Assembly: GCA_965215195.1 (NCBI GenBank)
Contig: CBDCDC010000002.1
Span: 4,480,001-4,544,000 of the forward strand
Direction: 5' to 3'
DNA from: Candidatus Latescibacterota bacterium
GTDB taxonomy: Bacteria > Latescibacterota > UBA2968 > UBA8231
Length of the DNA: 64,000 nt
The notes beneath the pieces were generated by a model. It saw nothing but the letters and a program-made list of their open reading frames with translations. It made no database searches and had not been told where the DNA came from. The translations under genes and the position numbers were made by a program. This document shows, in pieces, positions 37,751-47,037 of this stretch (its first letter is position 1; each line of letters opens with the position of its first letter).

Positions 37751-38986
37751 ATGGAACGGCTGATTAGCCTATGCGGACTTTTGGTGATGATCGCCCTAGG
37801 CTTTGCCCTGAGCGCCGACCGCCGCAAAGTAGATCGCCGCTTGGTAGCGGCCGGCGTGGGCCTGCAATTTCTCCTCGCCCTGCTCGTCCTCAAAACCGGG
37901 CCCGGACAGGCACTTTTCGGTTATATCGCCGCTTTTTTTACCGCCTTGCTCAACTATGTCGATGCCGGCTCCAGCTTTGTCTTTGGCGATGCGTTCGGCG
38001 AGCATTTCTTCGCTTTCAAGGTCCTGCCGACCATTATCTTCTTTTCCGCCTTAATGGGCGTCCTCTATCACTTGGGGCTGGTGCAGTACGTGGTGGCGGC
38101 TTTTGCTTGGGTCATGCAGCGTACGCTGCGCACCTCGGGCGCGGAAAGCCTAGCGGCGGCGGCCAATATCTTCGTCGGCCAGACCGAAGCTCCGCTGGTA
38201 GTGCGCCCATACGTGGCCAGCATGACCCGGTCAGAACTGATGGCCTTGATGGTGGGTGGTTTTGCCACCATTGCCGGAGGCGTATTGGCCGCCTTCGTGG
38301 GCTTGGGAATTGACGCCGGGCACTTGGTGGCCGCCTCGGTGATCTCGGCCCCGGCGGCACTGTTGGTGGCCAAGATCATGCAGCCCGAGGTAGAAGAGGC
38401 CCAAACCCTAGGGCGGGTATCAATTGAGGTAGAGCGCACGGCTACCAATGTAGTGGAAGCCGCGGCCAATAGCACCTTAGACGGCTTGCGGCTGGCCCTG
38501 AACGTGGCCGCCATGCTCATTGCCGCGCTGGGTTTGATCGCCCTGCTGGACGGGGCACTGGGCCTGTTGGGCCAAGGCGTGGGCTACCTCTTGGGCATGG
38601 AGGGGCTGGAGTGGTCTTTGTCCGCGGTGCTGGGTTATTTATTTGCGCCCTTTGCTTGGTTGATGGGCATTGAGGCCAAAGATTGTTTGCTGGCCGGCGA
38701 GTTGTTGGGCAAGAAGATGGTGGCCAACGAATTCGTCTCGTACGTCCAGTTGAGCGAGTGGATCCAGCCTAACTCGGGCGTGGAGCTGAGCCAGCGCTCG
38801 GTGGTTATTTTGACCTATGCCCTGTGTGGTTTTGCCAACTTCAGCAGCATTGGCATCCAAATCGGCGGCATCGGCGGCATTGCTCCGGGGCGGCGGCGCG
38901 CTTTGGCGCGCTTGGGTTTTCGCGCCATGCTGGGCGGCACCCTAGCTTGTTTTACGACCGCCTGCGTGGCCGGGATCCTGCTGTAG
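37751..38986 (+). CDS. Concentrative nucleoside transporter (NupC/CNT)
   Basis: VLPTIIFFS, NIFVGQTEAP, NEFV, YALCGFANFSS. Confidence 0.92.
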   Translation: MERLISLCGLLVMIALGFALSADRRKVDRRLVAAGVGLQFLLALLVLKTGPGQALFGYIAAFFTALLNYVDAGSSFVFGDAFGEHFFAFKVLPTIIFFSALMGVLYHLGLVQYVVAAFAWVMQRTLRTSGAESLAAAANIFVGQTEAPLVVRPYVASMTRSELMALMVGGFATIAGGVLAAFVGLGIDAGHLVAASVISAPAALLVAKIMQPEVEEAQTLGRVSIEVERTATNVVEAAANSTLDGLRLALNVAAMLIAALGLIALLDGALGLLGQGVGYLLGMEGLEWSLSAVLGYLFAPFAWLMGIEAKDCLLAGELLGKKMVANEFVSYVQLSEWIQPNSGVELSQRSVVILTYALCGFANFSSIGIQIGGIGGIAPGRRRALARLGFRAMLGGTLACFTTACVAGILL

Positions 38987-39112
38987 TTCGTTCTTTGAAT
39001 AGCTCCCGAATTCGACGCTCCCCCTCCCCAAGCGACTAAACATTGACACTGTTCAATTGCCCCTCGTGCTTTGATTTTGTAGCACCCAGCCGCCCAGCCT
39101 TCGAGGGGGAAT

Positions 39113-40672
39113 ATGAACTTTGTAGCATGTGTTTTACTGGCTCTGTGCCTGTCGTACCCTGCCCGGTCCTTTGGCGACGAACGCCCAGACGTCCAGCAGA
39201 TACAGGACGTAGTACAGCGCTTTTACGAGGCCTGGAACCAGCAGGACTTCGTCGCGGCCGAAAACCTGATCGGCGAAAGCGTCGTCGAGCTCGACATGCG
39301 CGGCCGCCGGGAGCCGCAGACCTGGGTTTTGCGCAAGGCCCAGTCCCGCGAGGAATTCCTCGACGGAATCGTCGTTGAGTGGACCGGCGGCGACGGTTGG
39401 GACTACGACCCGGAAATCCACCAGTACATCAAGCAGGCCGAGTTTTTCGACGTCTTCCTTTGGGGCGACCGGGCCATGGCCATCACTCAGGAGCGCTTGG
39501 TCGGCATGTCCGGCCCGGTGGGCGCGGACCAATACAGCGCCTATTTGCTCGACCGGGGGGATGGCGGCTGGAAGATCGCCGGCGTCCTCCACCAAGTGCC
39601 CACCGAGGAGTACAAGACGGTCTCCGTCAAGCCACGGGGCGAGCAGCTTCGCGTCCGCCTCTTCGTCGATGGCGGCGATGAGGTGTTCGCAGACAGCGAG
39701 GGCCTGTGGGTTGAGCACCGCTACGGCGTCCTGCCCGGGCGGCACGAGGACGGCGATGGCTTTTCGCCCATCGAGATCAACGGCGTGCGCTGGCAACCCG
39801 TCTGGCAGGGCGACAAAACCCGCAAGGTGCATTTTGCCGACAAAGTCGCATGGCCTTCCGGGGCGCAGTACCGCCTAGTCAAACACGAGGCACGCGACGT
39901 CGCCCAGTTGGAAAGGGAACCCCAAGCCCCCGGCGACACCCTCAGCATCGTCTTCGCCGACCAAGACAGCGGTGCCGACTGGTACGACGTGGAGGTGCGC
40001 TGGGGAGACGAGGCCGCCGATCCCGGCGCAGGGCTGCCCGAGCCAACTCCGCCCGGCCGCGAGGCCCTGCTCGTCGAAGTCCTATTCGACGGCGAAATCC
40101 GCGACACCAGCCCGCAGCAGCGCCCGCTCAAAAACGTCGAAGTAGTGCTCACCGAGGACCGCGCCGGCGACAAAGACGGTGCCGGTTACTTCAATGGCGA
40201 GGCCGTCGTCGATATCGAGGGCTTTTTGCTAGACGGCCCCTTCAGCGTCTCGATCTGGGCCAAATACGACGAAATCGAAACGCGCCCTTACTGGTGGAAC
40301 AACTGCATCTGGGCGCAGGACAACGGCGGCGGCGTGCGCGTCTTCCAGCTCAGCACCCAAGGGCGGCGAGTCACCTGGCACCGGATGCGCGACGACGACC
40401 TCCACTCCAAGCTCTTTTTGCGCGCGGAGCGCTGGTACCATTTGGTGGCCGTGTTCGACGGCGATTACCACCGGCTCTTCGTCGATGGCGTGTTGCAGGA
40501 GCAGAAGCAGAGCGCAGTCAAAACCTCGCCCGACCAGCCCATCTACATCGGCGCGAAAAACCTCGACGAGACGGACTTCTTCTTCACGGGAGCTTTAGAC
40601 GACGCGCGGCTCTACGGGCGCGTGCTGACAACTGCGGAAATCAGCGCCCTCTACCAAGGCTTGGCCGAATGA
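39113..40672 (+). CDS. Secreted multidomain protein (NTF2/SnoaL-like N-terminus, LamG C-terminus)
   Basis: Signal peptide; VVQRFYEAWN..GGWKI; WYHLVAVFDG..LFVDG..FTGALDDARLY. Confidence 0.75.
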   Translation: MNFVACVLLALCLSYPARSFGDERPDVQQIQDVVQRFYEAWNQQDFVAAENLIGESVVELDMRGRREPQTWVLRKAQSREEFLDGIVVEWTGGDGWDYDPEIHQYIKQAEFFDVFLWGDRAMAITQERLVGMSGPVGADQYSAYLLDRGDGGWKIAGVLHQVPTEEYKTVSVKPRGEQLRVRLFVDGGDEVFADSEGLWVEHRYGVLPGRHEDGDGFSPIEINGVRWQPVWQGDKTRKVHFADKVAWPSGAQYRLVKHEARDVAQLEREPQAPGDTLSIVFADQDSGADWYDVEVRWGDEAADPGAGLPEPTPPGREALLVEVLFDGEIRDTSPQQRPLKNVEVVLTEDRAGDKDGAGYFNGEAVVDIEGFLLDGPFSVSIWAKYDEIETRPYWWNNCIWAQDNGGGVRVFQLSTQGRRVTWHRMRDDDLHSKLFLRAERWYHLVAVFDGDYHRLFVDGVLQEQKQSAVKTSPDQPIYIGAKNLDETDFFFTGALDDARLYGRVLTTAEISALYQGLAE

Positions 40673-42591
40673 CCATTACAGCTAGAAAGACCCGATTGTG
40701 CGTCGGTGCGTTACTAATCCTTGCTGGCGGCGCGGCCCGCGGCGAGGAATGGCCCTATTATGCGGCCGACGCTAAGAGCAGCAAATACGCGCCCCTGTCG
40801 CAGATTGACGGCCGCAACTTCGCCCAGCTACAGGAGGTTTGGCGCTACGCGGCCCCGGACAGCGCGATTGCCGCGGCCGAGGACATTTGGACTCGGGCGA
40901 ACAAGGGCACTCCACTGGTCGTCGATGGCGTACTGTACTATGGGTCGCCCTTCAACATCCTCTGCGCCGTCGATCCCATAAGCGGCGCGGAGCAGTGGAC
41001 CTTCGACCCCCGGGCCTATGAGGATCGGGGCGATTTCTGGGGTTTTGCGCGCGGCATTGCCTACTGGCAAAGCGGCGACAAGAAGCGCATCTTCTACGGC
41101 ACGGCCTCCGACCGCCTCTACTCGATCGACGTCCAGACCGGCCAGCCCGACCCGGAGTTCGGCGCGGGCGGCTTCGTCGATCTAGGCAAGGGGCTGCGCC
41201 GCCGCATCGACCGCAGCCGCTACTGCATCACCTCGCCGCCCATCGTCTGCCGCGACGTGGTGGTGGTGGGTTCCGGCATCACCGACTGGCACGACCGGCC
41301 TCCGGCCAAATACTCCACCCCCGGCGACGTGCGCGGCTTTGACGCCCACACCGGCGAGCAGGTGTGGGTCTTCCAGACCGTGCCGCAGGAAGGCGAATAC
41401 GGCAACGACACTTGGGAAAACGACGCTTGGCAGACCCATGGCCAAGCCAATGTGTGGTCCGCGATGAGCGCCGACGACGAGCTGGGCTACGTGTACCTGC
41501 CCGTCAGCAGCACCACCCACAACCACTACGGCGGCGAGCGCCCCGGTGCCAATCTCTTCAGCCAGACCTTGGTCTGCCTAAAGGCGGCGACTGGCGAGCG
41601 CGTCTGGCACTACCAGCTCATCCACCACGGCCTGTGGAACTACGACCCGCCGGCCCCGCCGATCTTGGCCGATATAAAGGTAGAAGGCAAAGCGATCAAA
41701 GCCCTAGCGCTGGTGAGCAAACAGGCCTTTTGCTATGTGTTTGACCGCACGACCGGCGAGCCGGTCTGGCCGATCAAAGAGCGCGAGGTGCCCCAGTCGA
41801 AAACTCCGGGCGAACAAAGCTGGCCGACCCAGCCCTTCCCTAGCAAGCCGGCGCCCTATGACCGCCAGGGCCTGCAGGAAGACGACCTGATCGACTTTAC
41901 GCCCGAGCTGCGGGAAAAGGCGCGGGCAATTCTCGAAAAATACGAGCATGGCCCGCTTTTTACCCCGCCCAGCGAACAGGGTACGCTGATATTGCCCGGG
42001 GGCTTGGGCGGCTCGGATTGGAGCGGCGCGGCCTTCGTGCCAAAAGAAAACGTGCTCTACGTGCCTTCGCGTACCAGGCCCGACATCGTGCGGCTGGAAA
42101 AGGTGGAGGGCCTGCGCGCCTTTTCGGATTACGCCTTCTTCGAAGACGACGCCGAATACATCGATGGCCTACCCCTGACCAAGCCCCCCTACGGCCGGAT
42201 CACCGCCATCGACTTGGACACCGGCGAGCACGTTTGGATGAGCCCGGTGGGCAAAGGCCCGGTCAAGCACGAGGCCCTGCGCGGCCTCGACCTGCCCGCG
42301 ATGGGCTGGTTCCACTACAACTACGTGCTCGCCACCGAGACAGTGCTGGTGGTGGTCTCGCACAAGCCCGGATGGTGGGGAGACCTCAGCGGCGACGCCT
42401 TTGTCGAGGAAGGCCCCTATCTACGCGCCTTCGACCTCGATACGGGCGCGGTGCTGGCTGAGATGGAATTCCCCGGCAACCCCAATGGCAGCCCCATCAG
42501 CTACATGGCCGACGGGCGTCAGTACATCGTCTTTCCCATCAACAACGACAACTGGGTGCCGCAGCTTCTGGCGCTGGCCCTGCCGGAGTGA
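40669..42591 (+). CDS. PQQ-dependent (glucose dehydrogenase-like) quinoprotein
   Basis: EWPYY..SKYAPLSQI, TPLVVDGVLY, GDVRGFD, WHYQLIHHGLWNYD, KPPYGRITAIDL. True start 40669. Confidence 0.88.
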   Translation: MTITARKTRLCVGALLILAGGAARGEEWPYYAADAKSSKYAPLSQIDGRNFAQLQEVWRYAAPDSAIAAAEDIWTRANKGTPLVVDGVLYYGSPFNILCAVDPISGAEQWTFDPRAYEDRGDFWGFARGIAYWQSGDKKRIFYGTASDRLYSIDVQTGQPDPEFGAGGFVDLGKGLRRRIDRSRYCITSPPIVCRDVVVVGSGITDWHDRPPAKYSTPGDVRGFDAHTGEQVWVFQTVPQEGEYGNDTWENDAWQTHGQANVWSAMSADDELGYVYLPVSSTTHNHYGGERPGANLFSQTLVCLKAATGERVWHYQLIHHGLWNYDPPAPPILADIKVEGKAIKALALVSKQAFCYVFDRTTGEPVWPIKEREVPQSKTPGEQSWPTQPFPSKPAPYDRQGLQEDDLIDFTPELREKARAILEKYEHGPLFTPPSEQGTLILPGGLGGSDWSGAAFVPKENVLYVPSRTRPDIVRLEKVEGLRAFSDYAFFEDDAEYIDGLPLTKPPYGRITAIDLDTGEHVWMSPVGKGPVKHEALRGLDLPAMGWFHYNYVLATETVLVVVSHKPGWWGDLSGDAFVEEGPYLRAFDLDTGAVLAEMEFPGNPNGSPISYMADGRQYIVFPINNDNWVPQLLALALPE

Positions 42592-42651
42592 GGCCGAGGG
42601 GCGGATGGGCCAGATGTGGGGATGACCGCCTGAAGGACCGACTCGCGCTCC

Positions 42652-43044
42652 TTATTCGGCCCGGCCGCCAATGACGAGCAAAAAGGCGCTGTCCTCTAGG
42701 GCTTTGACACTATGAGGTAAATGAGCTGCACAGACAGCAGCCTCACCTGTCCGCAACCCCAACGGCTTAGATTCAGTGGCTACCGAGAACTCAAGATGTC
42801 CAGACAAAGCTGTGACCGTGATCGGACCTGGAGCGATATGTTCGTGAAGCACGGCTTGGTCCTTCAAGACCATCAAGACGACGGTTAAATCGCTTCCACG
42901 CACTAAGGACAGCGCGTTTCGTCCCGTCCTTTCAACCACATCCTCCCCCATAAGCTGATTGGCCATACTCAACAAGGGAAAGGATGCTGCGGTGGAATTA
43001 GTTATTTTAGTGGGCCAAAACGGGCGTTCATAGGCTTGTTTCAC
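42652..43044 (-). CDS. Cupin domain protein
   Basis: EHIAPGPITV..SG..PHSVKALEDSAFLL; AAGGAG RBS. Confidence 0.75.
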   Translation of the reverse strand: MKQAYERPFWPTKITNSTAASFPLLSMANQLMGEDVVERTGRNALSLVRGSDLTVVLMVLKDQAVLHEHIAPGPITVTALSGHLEFSVATESKPLGLRTGEAAVCAAHLPHSVKALEDSAFLLVIGGRAE

Positions 43045-43104
43045 GTTTTCGTCTCCTTGGAGTACGGTGTATAAGAGTATCCAGCACTACTACAAGCAGT
43101 TAGA

Positions 43105-43225
43105 AGTGTTCACGCCTTTAGGCGCGGTGACCCCGGCAGGCCGCTTTGCGGGGCTGTCGAGTTCCGTCGACGCCCTCGTCCCAGATTTTATCCGCTTGAG
43201 AGAACAAACTTCAGACGGCTTCTTA
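43105..43225. repeat. Dispersed palindromic REP/MITE-like element, copy B
   Basis: TCACGCCTTTAGGCGCGGTGA matches 8037-8057 at 19/21; 43210-43225 is an inverted 14/16 match to 7920-7935. Confidence 0.6.
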
Positions 43226-43340
43226 AAGCTGCGTAACATCAATTATAAGCACCATTTATACGCTGAGGTGTCAACTCTGACACTCGCTTACGTATCAGTT
43301 CCAAACCGCGTACCCGGCAGACCTCCGCGCTCGCGCCCGC

Positions 43341-44015
43341 TCAGCCCATAAGCCAATCGAGGGCAGCGGCCAGATTGAGCGAGGCGACCGCTTTCCCGCA
43401 AACCGGCTCGGTCGTGCGGCTGATTAGGAGTTGGGAAGCGTTCCACATCTGGCCGTGCAGCGCAGCCAACATGCGGAAGAGCCGCTGAATGAGCACTGGC
43501 TGGGCGGGCAGGCCCCAAGAGGGCAGGTCGCGCTGGGCCATGAGCGCGAGGTAGTTTTGCTGCCAGTCGGGGAAGCGGCTGGCGTCGAGGATACCGCCGT
43601 CGGGATAACCGCCCCTTTGCCAGAGGCTATCCCACTCTTCAGCGGGCCGTTCCAGTGCCAAAAAACCGGTGAGCTGGCACAGGGCGGCCCGCTGCATCAG
43701 GGCGGGAGCAACCGAGCCGAGCATCAGGAAGCGACCACAGCGCTTGCGGTCCGCGTCAATGGCTGCGCGCAAGCGCGGAAAGAGTTCGGGCATGGCTTGG
43801 ATTTCATCGAAGACGATCAACTCCTGCGTTCCCATCAGCTCTTCCCAAGCGACTTCGAGACGCAGCTGGTCTCGGGGATTTTCTAGGTCGAAATAATGGC
43901 CCTTGAATGCTTTAGCTAGGGTTGTCTTACCCGTCTGGTGCGCTCCGCTCAGGGCCACGGCCGGATAGTGCGAGAGTTGATCGTCGATTTGCCTTTTAAG
44001 CAATCTAGAAATCAT
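43341..44015 (-). pseudogene. AAA+ ATPase (AAA_14/DUF4143 type) with internal deletions
   Basis: SGAHQTGKTT, VFDEIQ, RGGYP. Lacks the usual ESLAGR segment and most of the C-terminal domain. Confidence 0.7.
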
Positions 44016-44091
44016 ACTCGGCAAAATAGAAATTCATCTCTATTTTGCAAAATCGCCACCGGGAAGTGAGACCGCTTGCAGAGTTGCTCTG

Positions 44092-45264
44092 CTACCTCAC
44101 CCTCTCGAGGGTGCGCACCGCGGCAATGGCCGCGGCAATCCACCTGAGATTGCGCCGAGAAATCATACCGTAATTGTAATACGAGAACCGGCGTGCGCCC
44201 GTTTTGTAAACCGCCGTGATGATATCTCGCATCTGTTCGGCGCGGTCTATGGGCTTGTGGCCGTTCAAACCGCAGATCAACATGGAGGGATCGGCCATGC
44301 CGGCTAGGGTCTCTTGCGCTCTTTGGCTGGCCTCCTCGGGCGAGCCGCTGTAGCACAGGACATTGACCCGATCGACGATCTGTTCAATGGATTTGCGGTC
44401 GATGCCGTTGTTGTAATAATTGCCCATGTACAAAAAGGAAATGGGCTTTTTTACGACTTCTTTCACCTGTGTGGCCAGCGACGTCACTGCATCCGCCCGC
44501 ATCTTTGCGTATTCGCATACCAGAGGCTCGTCGGCGACGAATTCTTCCACGCTGCGCTCCAGCGGTCCCTCCTCAAAGATGTCCAAGAGCCATTTTTTTA
44601 CCCGCTCCTTTAACTTCCCCACATCCAGACCCCGGCCCGCGGCCCGCTGCCGGCACCCAGTGCAAAAGCACAGCGACATCAACAGCGAGCCGACCTCGCC
44701 CAGCTCGACCCCCACCTTGGCGTGGTTGCGGAACATGCCAAAGCCCATGTAGTGCAGGGATTCGTACTCAATCATCTGCACATCGCAGTTGGTGGCCAAG
44801 TCCAGACTCAAGCCGCGGACGTACTCCCGCACCTCGGGATTGGCCGGGCACAGACAGCCCGGATAGCGATCCCCGAACACCCCGAGCAGGGCGCAGTCGG
44901 GATGCTGCCGCGCCATGTAGTGGTTGTGGAGGGGCACGGTCCACGAAATCAGTTCCAAATCGCGCGCTCGGCAGGCCTCGGCGATGATCCGCACTGGATC
45001 CTGGTCCCTCGCCATGGGATGCACGTGCGGCTTGAGCTTGGTGCCTTGGTACAGCTCGCTGTGGGGCTGGAAGTAGATGGCGTCCTCGTACCCGGAAAAG
45101 AGCTTTTTGCCGGGTACGTGGGTGCGCAGGGCATCGTAGGTGTGATAGACTGTCGATAGGCTGATCGCATCCAGCCCTACCTCTTCCTTGAGAAGGCCGA
45201 TGACGCGGTCCACCCCCTCGTCGATCACGTCCCAAGGATAGGTCCACATAGTCGTATGGATCAT
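44092..45264 (-). CDS. Hypothetical protein, glycoside-hydrolase-like TIM barrel
   Basis: MWTYPWD, STVYH, LHN, LCPANPEVREY, ESLH, CFC..C, YNYG; AAGGAG RBS. Confidence 0.65.
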   Translation of the reverse strand: MIHTTMWTYPWDVIDEGVDRVIGLLKEEVGLDAISLSTVYHTYDALRTHVPGKKLFSGYEDAIYFQPHSELYQGTKLKPHVHPMARDQDPVRIIAEACRARDLELISWTVPLHNHYMARQHPDCALLGVFGDRYPGCLCPANPEVREYVRGLSLDLATNCDVQMIEYESLHYMGFGMFRNHAKVGVELGEVGSLLMSLCFCTGCRQRAAGRGLDVGKLKERVKKWLLDIFEEGPLERSVEEFVADEPLVCEYAKMRADAVTSLATQVKEVVKKPISFLYMGNYYNNGIDRKSIEQIVDRVNVLCYSGSPEEASQRAQETLAGMADPSMLICGLNGHKPIDRAEQMRDIITAVYKTGARRFSYYNYGMISRRNLRWIAAAIAAVRTLERVR

Positions 45265-45294
45265 GGGTATATCTCCTTTTTCGCCGCATGGCTT

Positions 45295-45319
45295 GTAGGG
45301 GCGATGCGTGCATCGCCCC
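45295..45319 (+). repeat. GTAG-type REP element
   Basis: GTA-GGGGCGATGC-gt-GCATCGCCCC. Confidence 0.65.
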
Positions 45320-45323
45320 GGGT

Positions 45324-46238
45324 TCATCCGGGCCGCTCGGCCTGCCACACCCGCCAATAGCCCCGCAGACGCCGGGTGAACTCCCGCGGCCGTTCCAAGT
45401 AGATGCGCTCTGCCAGCAGACGCGCCCGGGCCTGCCTCTGGGAGCGCACCACGTCGATCCGCCTTTCGAGGGCTCGCAGCGTGGCCGTGGCCCCGGCCCT
45501 CGGAAACTCGGCTAGAACCGTGGTGCGCAATACGGCCAAGTCGTGATCCTCGCCGAGCAACTCCCCTAGCTGGTCCAGTTCCTTGGCCAAGGCTTGCATA
45601 ATCGACGGCCAGACATTTTGCAGTATCTGGGTGTGGTACCACAGGTACTTCACCTGCTTGCGCCAGTCGTGGAAGGCCTCGTCGCCGGGCAGGTTGTAGG
45701 CTGCGGCAAAGTCGCGCCGGCCCTGCGCGTATATCCGCTGCAACCCCGCCCGGATCCCGCCCCAGCCCGGGCGCTGCACATTCCAATGTTCCAAGCGCTC
45801 GCGGGCCTGCGCGAGGTCGGCGATCACCTCCTCAACGGCCCGATTGCTGCTGGCCGCTTGGCTATAGGCCCGATCTCGCCGCTCCACCAGCCACACCCGC
45901 ACCCGGGCGAACCGGCTCTTGGGCACGTCTTTGCCCAAGTATGCCACCAAGCGGTCTAGGGTCTCGACTAGGACCGTGGCATCGCGCAGCCCCGAAAGCC
46001 GCTGGCCGGCGTCCCGATAGCACTGGTTTTCCAAGGCGTAAACCTCGTCTCCCAGTTCGCGGCGCACTAGGCGCACCAAGGCCCGCAGGCGCTTGGTGGC
46101 CTTGCGAGCCTCGTGGATGTGTTCGCCTCGTTTCCCGTCTGGGCGCTCGAGGTGCTCAAGGGCCTTGTCGATTTGTTCGGCCGCCATCCGCCGCACTCCT
46201 GCGGACGTGTTTTCGCCCCGTTTCAGACGATAGTTCAT
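45324..46238 (-). CDS. CHAD domain protein
   Basis: HEARKATKRLRA, RDATV, HDWRKQVK, LGEDHD. Confidence 0.9.
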   Translation of the reverse strand: MNYRLKRGENTSAGVRRMAAEQIDKALEHLERPDGKRGEHIHEARKATKRLRALVRLVRRELGDEVYALENQCYRDAGQRLSGLRDATVLVETLDRLVAYLGKDVPKSRFARVRVWLVERRDRAYSQAASSNRAVEEVIADLAQARERLEHWNVQRPGWGGIRAGLQRIYAQGRRDFAAAYNLPGDEAFHDWRKQVKYLWYHTQILQNVWPSIMQALAKELDQLGELLGEDHDLAVLRTTVLAEFPRAGATATLRALERRIDVVRSQRQARARLLAERIYLERPREFTRRLRGYWRVWQAERPG

Positions 46239-46305
46239 GGGACCAATTTATTCCTCTCTCGCCGGCTCAGCGCTGCAACGAACCGTTCAAAGCAGCGGAT
46301 TGCTA

Positions 46306-47037
46306 TCACAATTTCAGCCGCTTAAAAATGCGCTCGGGGATGCTCTTGACCGCGAGCATGATCCAGCGCCAAAAAAACGGCGTGTAGAGCACGTCCTTCT
46401 TTTGCCGATAGGCACGCACAATGTCGGCGGCCACTCGCTCTGGCGAAGCGACCCAAAAAAGCCCGTCTAACCCCTCGGTCATCGGCGTATCCACGAACCC
46501 GGGCTTGACGGTCAGGACGTGTACAGGCGTCGCGGCCAGCCGGTTGCGCAGCCCTTGCAAGAAAATCGAAAGCCCCCCCTTGGCCGCCCCATACGCGTAG
46601 TTGCCTCGGCGGCCCCGCTCGCCGGCCACGGACGAGAGGGCGATGATGCCGGCCGGCGTACCCCTTTCCTCCAGATAGTTCGCCAAATGCGCGAGGGCGA
46701 TGGCCGCGCCGGTGAGGTTGGCGTTGAGGATGTGGGCTATTTCGTCTGTATCGCGCTGGGCGGCGCGTGCGTCTCCTAAATAGCCGAAGGCGAGGACGAC
46801 CAAGTCAAAGGGGCCGCCGCGCTCGTGAACCTGTTGCGGCAAGTGCGCCAAGGCCGCCAAGTCCAAGGCGTCGAACTCGAACAGTTCGACTTGGCACGAG
46901 CGTTTGAGCCGCAAGTCCGCGGCAAAAGGCTCCAGCTCGCTGCACTCGCGGGCGGCCAGCGCAAAGTCATAGCCGTTGAGGCGCTCGACGATGGCTTGGG
47001 CAATCGCCGACTTCGCCCCCAATACCAGTGCCCTCAC
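46306..47037 (-). CDS. SDR oxidoreductase, DprE2-like
   Basis: LGAKSAIA, SSVAGERGR..NYAYGAAK, KPGFVDT; GTG start overlaps the upstream stop. Confidence 0.82.
   Translation of the reverse strand: MRALVLGAKSAIAQAIVERLNGYDFALAARECSELEPFAADLRLKRSCQVELFEFDALDLAALAHLPQQVHERGGPFDLVVLAFGYLGDARAAQRDTDEIAHILNANLTGAAIALAHLANYLEERGTPAGIIALSSVAGERGRRGNYAYGAAKGGLSIFLQGLRNRLAATPVHVLTVKPGFVDTPMTEGLDGLFWVASPERVAADIVRAYRQKKDVLYTPFFWRWIMLAVKSIPERIFKRLKL

Noticed and set aside
39850-40668. N-terminal extension giving a 913-aa PQQ protein
   Set aside because: Arg-rich shadow frame overlapping the LamG gene; the real signal peptide starts at 40669.
45265-45786. 564-aa version of the TIM-barrel ORF
   Set aside because: The extension overlaps the CHAD gene and a REP; the RBS supports the start at 45264.
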